Origin: Eledone cirrhosa
Taxonomy: Eukaryota
Assembly: GCA_964016885.1 (NCBI GenBank)
Contig: OZ024743.1
Span: 158,100,001-158,164,000, forward strand
Reading direction: 5' to 3'
Length of the DNA stretch: 64,000 nt
The notes below the pieces were generated by a model that ran no database searches, was not told the DNA's origin, and saw nothing but the letters and a program-made list of their open reading frames with translations. Position numbers and translations under genes: made by a program. Shown here one piece after another: positions 38,187 to 50,080 of this stretch (positions are counted from its first letter, which is position 1; every line of letters starts with the position of its first letter).

Positions 38187-39855
38187 GATCATCATCCTCC
38201 CTCCTTATTCCTTTTTCCTCCCCTGGTGGCAGTGGCGAACATGACTGTGGAAGCCCAGTCTACTGCTGAAGAGTTGTGAGCAGGAGTCACAGGGGAGTGT
38301 TGGTGGTGGATGTGGTTGGGCTAGTTGGGCCTTCCTTGCAGCATATCACAGATCTTCATGTCGATGGTTGGATTCAAAGTCTTGGTCCTCTCTCGGATGG
38401 TCCTATGCCAGGAAGGCCGATTTGCAGCAATGGTTTTCCTTATCTCAGGGTTGATGTGGAGGATTCTTCGGAACTTTGTTTGCTGGAACTGCTCTAGATG
38501 TTTGATATCCCGATGATACAAGGTCCACATCTCACAGGTGTACAGGAGGGTGGAGAAGACCAAGGCTCGAAAGACCATGATTTTGGTTCTTATGGTGAGG
38601 CCGTGATTGCTGAAGACTTGGTGCAACAGTCCTCCGTATGCAGTACAAGCCACTTTGATCCTATTGTCTTTCTTGCAGGTGATGCTGTCAAGGTTGGCAA
38701 ATTCGTTGACAAGACAATTTCTACCAGCTGCCTGTCGATGTTGATGCTGATGTTCAGTGTTACTTGTCCGGGAACTAGTTGGATGAAGATTTTCATTTTT
38801 TTGACATTGACCTGCATCCTGAAATGTCTGTGAACCTTGTTGTACAGGTTTGCTGATCTCTGGAGGCTGATAGTAGTCTGGTCCGCGGTTGCATTGTTGA
38901 CAGTGTGCTGAAGTTATCGTACACAAGTGATGGTACTCTTTGTATGAGAGATAAGTTGTGCAAGGTTGAATAGTCTGCCATCAAGTCTATATCGGATGTC
39001 AATGCCAGTGCTGTCAGGGGTCATCTCATTAATGTTGGCAGTGAGATATAGGGAGTGGCGGAGCCAACACAGCCTTGCTTGAGATCACCAGTGATTGGAA
39101 AAGGGTCTGAGAGGGTATCCTGATGGTTCACCCGACCTTCCATTTTGTCATGGCGTATACGGATCAGAGACACGAAGTGGTCCAGGCAGCCAAAGCAGGT
39201 AAAAGTGGCCCACATTGCTGGTCTTGGGACTTTGTTGAAGGTCTTCTGCAGATACCAAAACATGAACACCAGTGGTTTCTGTTGCTCACAGTCTTCTCCT
39301 GGAGCTATCTTGCACCGAAGACTATATCGACAGTGCCCCTTGATGATCAGGAACCACATTGGGATTCTGGAAGGCACTCTTCTGCTATGGGAAGGAGTCA
39401 ATTCAGGAGGATTCGCACAAAGACCTTGCCAGCAATGCCTAGGAGGAAGATGCCACAATAGTTTCCGCAGCGTGATTGGTAACCTTTCTTTAAAATTGAC
39501 ACAATGTTGGCATTTTTGAAATCCTCAGGGACAGTTTTAACTTCCCAGATTTTCAGTATCAGGAGCATTAGCTAGGTCTTCAGTCCGATGGTCGTTTTCT
39601 TTGTGTTGGAGGGTTTGCTTGTCCCAGTGATCCCAAGAGCAAAGCTGTCTGGAGTTTCCAACTCCTAAAGGGCCACCCATGGCAGTATGGTCAAGAAGGA
39701 GGGACCAGACAGAAAGCGACTGACCCCAAAAAACCCCAACAATGGAAAGGGCGGAAGAAAATCTACACGATATCAATGGCCTAACCAGCAGAAGAGGGCA
39801 GCGCCCATCTAGCTGGCATAAGTAACCAAGGCAGCCCTTCACAGACCAATCAATC
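38187..39855 (-). mobile_element. Decayed BovB-like RTE LINE with internal deletions
   Basis: KTFNKVPR, FPITGDLKQGCV, TKIMVFRALVFSTLLYTCEMW. Confidence 0.8.
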
Positions 39856-40779
39856 AGCAACCAGTGCTAAAATAAATGGCATCTGTATGTACAAACCAAT
39901 GAGGCATCTTGTTAGAATAGCAGCCAAATCCTCCAAAGTATGCATACATTGAATAATAGTCTGAGAAAAGGATGTGATGGTCATGGCTAAAAGGTAAATC
40001 AGGTAAATCAATGTTTCAGAACTCAAATATATGAGGCCTACCGTATTTGTATATATACTATATATTTCTTATCTTAATAATTTTAAGAGAGCAATTTTAT
40101 AACTTGGAATTCCTGTATATAATAGGCCAAGTAGTAATCCTTATTAAAATGAAGCTTATGTAAATATATCTATATCTGTAATCAAAACACTGCCAGCCCT
40201 TCTATCTATATTTCTATATAGAGAGAAAGAGAGATTCTCATTTTATCTTGGTGTAGGCATGGCTGTGTGTAAAACCATGTGGTTTCAGATTCAATCTCAC
40301 TGTATGGTACTTTTGGCAAATGACATTTTCAATAGCCTCATGCCAATCAATACCTTGTGAGCAATGAGCATTTTTACATCTGCTTTTCCATGAGTGAGAC
40401 TTCTTTGGGGCTGTTTTCCTATGGCTAGATGCTCCACTTGATGCCACGTGTGTCTGTATCTATCTCCTTTCATGTATCTTCTTAGACACCATTTAACATA
40501 AACAGTGATGTTTAATTATATCTCACATAAACAATACATCCTGCATTGCATTAGTTCAACAAAGGTCAACAGTATATACCATAACTAAGTCAATTTTTTG
40601 CTAAAATGTCTAAAAGTTTAGGAAAGTTTAAAATGGTCTAGAAATGGCATAAAAAAATTATTTTGATCAAAAATAGCAAATTAAAAAATTAGGACTAAAA
40701 TGTCTAAAATTTATGATAAAGTCTAAAAAAATGTTAGAATCCAAGCTGAATTTTATTCACTGTTGTATAAAAAGAGATA

Positions 40780-40972
40780 TAATAATTGTTTCTACTTCTG
40801 GCACAAGGCCAGCAAATACCCAGTACATTACTGGTACTTTATTTTATCGACTTCCTAAGGAAGAAAGGCAAAGTTAACCTCGGCGGGTTTTGAACTCAGA
40901 TCATAAAGGGACGTAACTCTTTGCTGCAAAGCATGGCGTCCGACACTCTACCGATACTGCCAATCCACCGCA
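40780..40972 (-). mobile_element. tRNA-derived SINE with Nin/Deu-like central domain
   Basis: A box TGGCAGTATCGG, B box GAGTTCAAACCC, GCCTTTC..GTCGATAAAATAAAGTACCAG, (ATT)n tail. Confidence 0.85.
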
Positions 40973-41129
40973 AAAGAGATATAAGAAAGCAGAACGAAAG
41001 CACAAACAAATATAATATAAAGGAAAGGAAAAGGGAAAACAGAATGAAAAACAAAAAACATCTGGAACCTCATAGAACAAAAGGCAGGCGAAAGGGGTGG
41101 TCAACCGAGCCGCTACCAGAGTAAAAGAT

Positions 41130-41445
41130 AACAATATCACGAGGAGCACTAGGAAACCTCTCTAAGGATTTTTGGGGGCAAGCCAGCACGCTCGCAGCAT
41201 TACCTCGGGTAATGGCGAGGCTGATGTGCTGGAACAACCAAGCACCCTCACAAACTTCACCAGTTACCTCTGTTAGGCGAGCCGCCAGTGAAGATAGGAA
41301 TCTCGCAGTCAGTAGCCCGACTCCCCCAAACGTCTTAAACGCCACAGGCTGGAAAATGTAGTTGGCTGACAGATCACAGTATTTTAGGATTTTGTTCTGT
41401 TCGACTGTGAAAGCTGTGGCTCTCATCCTAACCGCAGCATCCAAA
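41130..41445 (-). mobile_element. CRE-like non-LTR element, restriction-like endonuclease end
   Basis: EQNKILKY.DL..NYIFQPVAF.TFG..G...FL..LAARL..VTG....WLFQHISLAITRGNAASV. Confidence 0.75.
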
Positions 41446-41746
41446 TTTTCAAAACTTTGCTTTCAAAGTAAATATCTGAAGTGCTAGGGAAAGAAAAAAA
41501 AGCAATTAACAAAAGCAGTTGGTCAAACAATTCACTAGAAAATTAATAGACGTCAAAAGAAATGAAACTGGTGAAAACTAGAATCAGTGGTGATAGAGTG
41601 TAACTAAATTTATATACATATCACACATAACTCATGAATACTGCCACCAGTTCAGTTCCCCAGGGGACTTTGGCTAGCATTGGGCAGAATTTACAAGCAA
41701 TAAAACCAGAAGCAATAGTAATATTTATACATGCACATATATATAT

Positions 41747-42345
41747 ATCATCATCATTATCATCACCATTTTACGTCCATTCTTCCGTGCTAGCATGGGT
41801 TAGGCGGGTTGTCCTGTCGTGAGCAGTGTCCGGTCGGCTGACCTCATCTTGTTCATATGAGAACTGATTCTGGCTTGATTTCTACAGCTGGATGCCCTTC
41901 CTAACACCAACCTTATTTACAGTGAGTGCTAGGTGCTTTTTTTCCATGGCGCCTACACAACCATTTACAGTGTGGGCTTGGTGCTTTTTTGCCATGGGAC
42001 CTCCACGACCATTTTACAGTGGGATGGGGTGGGGGCATATTGTATATATGCTTCAGCTTGTACCTGTGGGAAGTCGGACGGGGCTTCTGTATTACACCAG
42101 AGGTCATGGTCCTGTGTCATCGCCTTTGAGAGGTGCAATTGGGTAAGGTCGGCTTTTATTACCTCGTTCCAGGTCTTCTTGGGTTTTCCCACTCCACGGC
42201 TTCCATTGACTTCTAGTGCTCTGTACCTTTTTATGCAGCTGTCATCCTTCATATGCATCACATCTCCCTACCAACGCAACCTCCTCTCCTGCACACAGCA
42301 TTTGATTCCTCTTATGCTCAGTCCTTCTCTCAATTCATGCTTTGC
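41747..42345 (-). mobile_element. RTE LINE 3' fragment
   Basis: Paralogue of 1-514 with an (ATG)n tail. Confidence 0.88.
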
Positions 42346-42915
42346 CATTCACGTATATTACTATTACACATACTGGGATCTATATGATTGACTAAATTCC
42401 TTCAACGCCAGTATTGGCCAGAGTCTAAAGACTGAAATATGTCATATAATAAAAGAATATATATATATATATATATGTGCTTTTACAAAGCTCTGCGTCA
42501 TTCACAAAGTTGGTGCAGAACAAAATACCTGTTGATAACGTGATATTCCTTGCTCGATCATTATACCAAAAGCTTATAGTTTTAAGCAGACAGTATTATT
42601 GATTTAGGGGTCATAGAAACCCTGCATTTGGATTTTACCATCAATTCCAATGGGTCCAGGTCGGTTATATATGTGTATATGTATATATTTATATATGATT
42701 TTATCATTTATTTTGTTTGACCTGTTTAGCTTGACTTGTTTTTTGGCTTAGGTGGTTAATGCCTTCTTGACCACTTTTTCAGTTTGTATGGCGTTTTAAC
42801 ATATATGTTTAGCTCTGGTTTTTTAACTATAGAGCGCTTGCCAGCATAACTCTGATTTTGCGTTTGGTTTCGCTTTTTCTACCCGCCGAAATGCGATTCT
42901 CGCTGAATTTATATT

Positions 42916-42954
<39 letters not shown>

Positions 42955-42968
42955 ATATATACATACAC

Positions 42969-43490
42969 ACACAGGCTGTGTGGTGGGTGGAAAGAAACAC
43001 TGTATTGAAAATTACTTATAACTACTGTGACCACTTTGGACAACATCAATAACCTCATATGTAAGATGGGGCACCTTCTCATTTTGCATGCACTGTACAT
43101 GAGTAGCCTGATGTACAATTTCCCAACATTGACTAAGTCATTGAGGTCCACATGAATAGCCAGCAAGAAGCCTTGATTTAATGCCATGTTATTTTTTCCT
43201 ATGGGGGTTGTTGAAGGAAGAAGTTTATAGCTCAAAACCAAAAACTCTGACTCAGTTGGAGGAATGCATTTGTCATGCACAGACCAACATACTGCCTGAG
43301 TTCCTGATGAAGTCAGTTGAGGACATATCCAGACGATTACAAACACAGGTGGACAATGCTGATGCCTATGTAGAATTTTAACACTACTGTACTCTACCAT
43401 TATACTTTTCAAAATAAAACATGATTTATGAAAATCGACCAATAATTAATAAACTTATTAAATAGAGTTTCTTTCCACCCATCCTGTGTA
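42969..43490 (+). mobile_element. Tc1/mariner deletion derivative
   Basis: TIR core TGGGTGGAAAGAAAC at both ends. DLMPCYFFLWGLLKEEVY..KPKTL. Confidence 0.8.
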
Positions 43491-43724
43491 TAGTTTTTAA
43501 AACATCAAACATAGAGATATACAGCAACAATAGTCTTAGGTTATTTGTGTGTGTGACTATATATGTGTTTCTACATGTGTGTTTATTAGCAAGTGTATTA
43601 AAGATTTTATTGTATGCATAATGTATTTAAGTATGTGTCTATTTCCATGTGATGCAGGAATGGTGCATGTGTGTCAGTGTACACACAGAGGGGACATGGT
43701 GGTGGGGTAAAGTGTGGAGATAAG

Positions 43725-44190
43725 ATTAGAGGAAGAAGGGTGAAGCATTCAGGCCATAGGTATTAAAAGTATGTAGAAAAAAAAAGCTGCTGCTCCCTCT
43801 GGTGGCGTAAGTCAGCTGGTTTTGTGCAGGATGCAAAGCCAAAGACAGTGAAGGAGCAAGTAGAATGGCTGGCAAAGTGGAAATATTGAGAGACTCTAGG
43901 CAGACTACTGAGCCAGCTATCCTGAAGATGCTCCACGAATATCTTGGCCAGTCAACGGCCTGTTTTAACAATGTAGATAGCCTTGCATAGAGTGCAACAG
44001 AGTCCATAGATGAGGCTTGTGGAAGTACTGCTGAAAGGGTCCCTAAAAATAAAAGAGCAGATGCTGCATCCAATGAGGGTGGTGGTGTAGGTGATGAAGC
44101 TGCATGTGTGGCAGAGAGGTTGAGACCAGAGAAGGAGTTGGGGGAGAAATGGAACTGTGGATGAGGAGATTCCTCTGATTGCATGCTTAA
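43725..44190 (-). mobile_element. Decayed PLE GIY-YIG fragment
   Basis: CTLCKAIYIVKTGR*LA.IF.EHL...VSQYF...REQQL...YGLN. Confidence 0.65.
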
Positions 44191-44618
44191 AAGAAGGGAG
44201 GAGTGGATATATATAAATATGTATATATATACAGAGAAAGAGAGAGGATGCAAAACCATCCGTGATATATAATTATATAAACAATTAGAAATATTACTTG
44301 CTTGCATATTTGTAAGTATGAATATAAATACATCGACACATTCATGTAAACAAACATAAGGAAAACAGCTTCAGAGCCGAAAATTCCAGAGATCATTGGT
44401 TGCTCAGAGATATGTCAGTGAAAATTAACTTTAACACTTTCATTCATTCATAGTTTCCACCTTTGTTCATACAACATGCATACACAACAACAAGTGCTGA
44501 TATACAAGAATATCATAATTTTAGAATGTTCCATTGGGAATGTGTCATAGTTAACTTTTTCTAGTATTCTGCATTATACACACACACACACACGCGTATG
44601 TGTGTGTGTAATTAAATA

Positions 44619-45110
44619 TAAGAGGTGTGTCAGAAAAGTAACAGGATTTAGTGTGCTGTGTGAGCTATAAGAGATATCATATCTGGGAAGTATATAACTG
44701 CGATCACAGGTCTCTGCTGCTATTGTTTGTTAACAGATCCTCAATTTTAGGCCATCGGGTCATGGGCACTGAGCATTGAACTAGCCTGAAGTTTCTGGCC
44801 CGGCTGGGAAAAATTCCATTAGATGCACTCAGAATACTGCAGCAAGTGTATGGAGATAAGACAATGTCACGCTTATTGGTTTTCGAGTGGCACGAAAGGT
44901 TCAAAGAGGGATGTGAAGACGTGGAAAACTCTAGGAGTGGAAGGCCTTCAATGAGCAAGACTGGGGGCATGAGGCAACAAGATTATCACCAAATATTTGA
45001 GAATGCGGAAAACTTGCATGACGATGGTACCGAAGCTATTGAATGATGACCAGAAGGAGCAGCGCATGCAGGTGTGTCAGGACATCCACAAACATCTTGA
45101 AACCAAACCA
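44619..45110 (+). mobile_element. Mariner 5' fragment
   Basis: LQQVYGDKTMSR..VFEWHERFKEG.EDVE..RSGRP, VPKLL.DDQKEQR. Confidence 0.8.
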
Positions 45111-46578
45111 AACAACAAAGTTTATTAAATAGAGGGAAAGATCTGTTTTATTATGAAATATCAAGCTGTATAAATGAAAAATATATACAGCAAAACCACG
45201 GCACATTTTTCCCATGCCTTAGCCTGCCACACACAACTACCAAAAGATTGACCAGTGACTCCAGAGCACAAAACTTAGATAATGTGCTCTTGTAGGAAAC
45301 TCACAATGCCAGTGTGTCCAAAAAGAGGACAGCTGAAAAGCCCATCTGTTCAATGTTTCTAGACAACCTATATCTCATATATATACAAAAGATCTTGACC
45401 TCCAAGGACACATACTGTTTTTTGACTTAGCAAAATAGTCTGCCTCCCAACTCTGCAACAGATAGTTTATTTGGCCAACATAACAATGTAGACACACACA
45501 CACTAGCCAGCTCTGCTGGAATTGGCACAAGCTGAGTTTGCTATCAGATTAGTAAAATTTATTTTTAAGTATTCGACATTGCACACATAACATATGGCAA
45601 TCGTTATTTGCATCTTTTTCCTTTGTTCATTGCTGTACAAGATTTCGAAGTTACAAATAAAAACATTTAAATTAGCAGTGTTTTGTTCATTTTTTAATTC
45701 TTATACATGTGATTTGGGAAAATCATTTTCCAAACAGTAATGTCACTTCACACCACAACAAGCAAGTACAACTACTTGTTTCCTCAAACATGGCAAAACT
45801 TCTCTTGACTTGCAGAAATATACTTCACTTACTCATTTGCCATTACTCAACCAACAAGCTACTCACTCATTCAACTTCTTTAACAACATCATCTTTGCAC
45901 TTCATGACTACTACCACAAATGAACAAATTCATGGCAACAACACAATCACCCAAACCAAATATTTATCATTACTCCTGCTATATATATATATATATATAT
46001 ATTTATTTATTTAGGGATTGTAACGTCCAGTTACTGTAGGTTCACCAGAGTGAGCACTTGATGTGTAGTTTCCAGTAGGTATATTGCTGTTGTACTAAGC
46101 AGACTGTAATAGTAATAACAATATGGAAACAAAAATCCGACATAATTTTGATTCCAGTGTTGGGCCAGATCAATACAGATCAAGTCTTGAGCTGATCAAT
46201 CGTTGAAACGCACGTCATACCTGTTTTATCATTACTATATATATATCATTTAGGTGGATAGTTTAGGGGTTTAAAGTTGAGAGACAATGGGAAAAGGAGC
46301 ATGGCCTATTACATAATGGAGTTGAAGTTGCTGGAGATAATGATAGCTTTATTATATAGAAAATAAATAATATGACAGCTGCAGCTTTATAACCTCTATC
46401 TACCCCATTTGTTTGCTGTTGCAATCCATGTTCTGTTTGCTGAGTTTTGGAAGGTGGGTGGTTTGCCGTATTGGAGGGTGAGGTGCAGGCTCGTTAGCAG
46501 GAGTCACAAGTGCAGGTTGACGTTTGGCTTAGGGTGTTTTCTCAGTGTTTTGTAGACATATTGGAGTAATAACAGTCT

Positions 46579-46604
<26 letters not shown>

Positions 46605-46611
<7 letters not shown>

Positions 46612-48770
46612 AGATCAAAAGATGGTTAAAAGAGTTCCAAGTATTTTATTATGCGCATTTCAAAAACAAATATCATCATGGGATGATATCTGCGTTCTAA
46701 TCAGATAAAATAGGGAGACATGATATGAAGCTTAAAAAACACTTGTGACCAGTGAAGTTTTAAATCAACATATGAAAAATAAATTAAGATAGATATATGA
46801 GATTGGGAAAAAATGGGGGTGGGGGGTAGGAAAAGGTAAGGAAGAGGAAGAAATAAGAGTAAAGGATAGTGGGCGAGGAGTATAAGAAGGAATGATGAGA
46901 GAGGAGGAGAAATGGGTGATAGAGAGAGAGAGATAGCCTTTACAACTGAGAAAATATTGTCTCACGGAGAGAAATAAAAAAAACCGTTGGTTTTGAAATT
47001 AAAAGTTAATGAGGTTTATGCATGAAGAAAAAGGAATTAAGAATAGTATTAAATTAAGGTTTGTATATTGAAGGGTTTAATAATATGTGCGAAAAAAATG
47101 TATTAATATGTATTATTAAAATAAAAATATTAATGATATTAAGGATATAGTGTGAAAGAAGGAGAAGAATAAATGAGTTATGAACTTAGAGGAATTAGTT
47201 AGGGTTTAAGTTTGTTTTTATGTATTGTAATATGTAAACGTAAATAGTAGGTTTAAAATGAGCACGGAAGTAGAGAAGAAAAAAGAAAGTTTAAGGAATA
47301 AAATATCTAACGTCAAAAAGTATATATGATTACGAAAATTGTTCTAATGGTAATATTATAATATATTAAAAAAAGAAATTAGTTAGGGTTTAAGTTTGTT
47401 TTTATGTATTGTAATATGTAAAAGTAAAAGTAAATAGTAGGTTTAAAACGAGCATGGAAGGAGAGAAGAAAGAAGAAAAATTTAAGGAAAAAAAAAATAT
47501 CTAACGTCAAAAAGTTTATGTGTTTACGAAAATCTTCTAATGGTAATATTATAATGTATTAAAAAAAATAGTTTTAATGGCCAATAATATGAGGAAAGAT
47601 GGAAAAATGGATAATGCTGTAGTGAGTAATAATATGAATTGAGAAGTAATTGGGAAGAAAAAGTACAGATTGGAGATTAGAAATTAAAAAAGAAAAAAGG
47701 AAGAAAGGAAAATGATAAAGAAGAAAGATAGGGGATTATGACACAGAATGAGTAAATTGTATTATATAATATATAATACTGAAATAAGGTAGAAAGATGG
47801 GTATATTTGTAAAAGATATATAAGCCTTTGAGAAAAGAGGATTTTAAACTAATAAGGTATTGAGATATTAGCTGTATACTTTATGGAATGTTCTATGGGA
47901 TTTATGCAAGCAGAGCGAAAATAAATCTGTGCGTCTATTTATTATAGAATTGAAATTAGATATAATGGTAAATTTCTCGGCTAGGCAGAGATTACATGTT
48001 ATGGATAGGGAAGAATTCAAGTAGGGAAAGGCGGAGCAAACCTTCCTCCTTATAGTTAATATTTTTGTCTTTTAAGGACCATATGAGTTCCGAGAGTGCC
48101 GTGTTAGTTCTTTTAAGTTGGTATTTAAAAGACGATTTGTGATTATAAAATCTAGCTTTGAAGGAAGTGGCAGTGGAACAGAAATAGGTAAAAGAATTAG
48201 TATCAGTTATAACCTTACATTCATAGACTAAGTTTTTATCAAGACAATGGTTATTAAGAGGACATTTAGTTTAATAGGGCAATTACAATTACGATTAGAG
48301 AAATTAACAGAATTATTAACAAGTGACCTAGTATTATTTATAGAAGGAATTGGATTGGAGAAGTTATTTACGATAGGAACAATAGTTTCCTGATTTTGAT
48401 TGGTATTATGAACATTCAACGAAGTTACGTTTGACGTCGTATTTAAATTTACAGAATCTAGCCTAGAGTTAACAATGACGTCGGGTATACTACTGCTATT
48501 ATTATGACGCTCAGTGTTGGAAGGATGTAATTTATTATTTAATATTTTATTGTTGTGTTTAGAGATAATGTTAGAGATGTTGGAAGTGGTGGAATAAGAA
48601 AATTTGATTGTATGTTTGTTAAAGATTTTACTATAGATATGTGAGGGAGGGAAGCATTTATCTAAGAATAGTTTAGGAATATTATTATTAATAGATAGAG
48701 AAAACGGAGCATTATACCAAATTATATTTTTGTATCTAGGTCTTTTATTTAAGTTATTGGAATGTTCATA
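46605..48770 (-). mobile_element. Inverted 3' copy of the adjacent PLE (GIY-YIG + 3' UTR + terminal repeat)
   Basis: Reverse complement of 54426-56320, extended by a terminus that matches 8863-9015. Its HHR core is mutated to CUGAUUA. Confidence 0.9.
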
Positions 48771-49807
48771 TTAACTGTTTGAGCGCTAACCCTCATATCG
48801 GATACCTTTGATGGTCTCTAATTCTTCTTCTACAACATGGATTATTACAACATAACAACTTCAACTAAAGACATTTCTATACCTGGTAAATCTGAATTCA
48901 CTAAACTTCTGATTGAAAAAACTGACTCTCTTGTGAGAAGGCTTAGATGGATCGCTTTTTTCCACGACCAGCGCCAAAAAGGAAATTTCTATACTAAGGA
49001 ACATAACTTTTTTGATCATTTATTTAACTCTAGAGGAAATCCTCCTTCCAACAAAAATCTAGTGTAGTTTGTTGACGAATTAACTAATATTATAAGAAGT
49101 CTTAAATTCAAGAGAAACCCTTATAGAGGACAGTAGCACCTTGTAAATCTCAGGAATACGATTGTAAACCTTAATTCCGCTAAAAATGTCTTAGTCTACT
49201 CCGACAAAACTAATAATTTATATGGCGTATCTAAGGATAAGTATAATAACCTTATCCTTAAGGAACTAAGGAAGAATTATCGTAAAACCAACCATGACAA
49301 TTTGGAATCTATAAACTTGGAAGCTTCTGAGATTATGTCTAAACTTGGCATTGAGAAAAAGACCGAACCATTCCTCCCAGGAACTCCGAGGATAAATCTC
49401 AAGGATCATAAAAGTAACTTTCGAACGGAATTGACTGTTAGACTAATCGCCCCCTCTAAATCAGATCTGGGGGTTGTTAGTAAAGCCATCTTGGATAGAA
49501 TTATCCCACAGGTTCGTTCTAATTGCTCTATTTCTAACTTAAATTTATGGATTGGTACATCTGAAGTAATTGGCTGGTTCAACAACCTGAATAAGAAAAA
49601 CAAACAAAAATGTATTCAATTTGATATTGCCAGCTACTATTCTTCTATTTCGCCTTCACTCCTCAACAACGCTCTATCTTTCGCATTTAAATATTCTGAC
49701 ATTACCACAGATGAACTTTACATCATTCTCACCGCAAGAAAAACTATCTTGGAATTCAACAATGAATATTGGACTAGAGCCGATACTTCCAACAATTTTG
49801 ATATCAC

Positions 49808-50080
49808 TGTGGGTATGGTGTGCGGTGCGGTGGCCGGAAGCTGGGGAGTGCTCGACTGGAAGAGTGCTTGACCGGAAGGGTGCTTGGCCGGAAGGGTGCT
49901 CGACCGGAAGGGCCAGCAGGTCGGCCTATCTCTAGCGGTGATCAGGAACATGGTGGACGTGAGTTTTGCAGCTCCCGGTTTTAACGAGTTGGATTGTACG
50001 CACGTGGAAGAGGAGAAACCAGCCATGGGATCTAGCGGCGCCTGTGAAAGCGGTAAGTGAGGTAGCTTTTTCTAACCACA
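49808..50080 (+). repeat. 5' LTR
   Basis: TGTGGGTA...TAACCACA with internal 16-bp tandem repeats. Confidence 0.88.

Noticed and set aside
46170-46225. GAAACGCACGTC hammerhead-like half
   Set aside because: The upstream core is CTGATCA with no usable stems I or II.
49840-49912. CRISPR-like repeats
   Set aside because: Contiguous 16-bp tandem units without spacers, inside a eukaryotic LTR.
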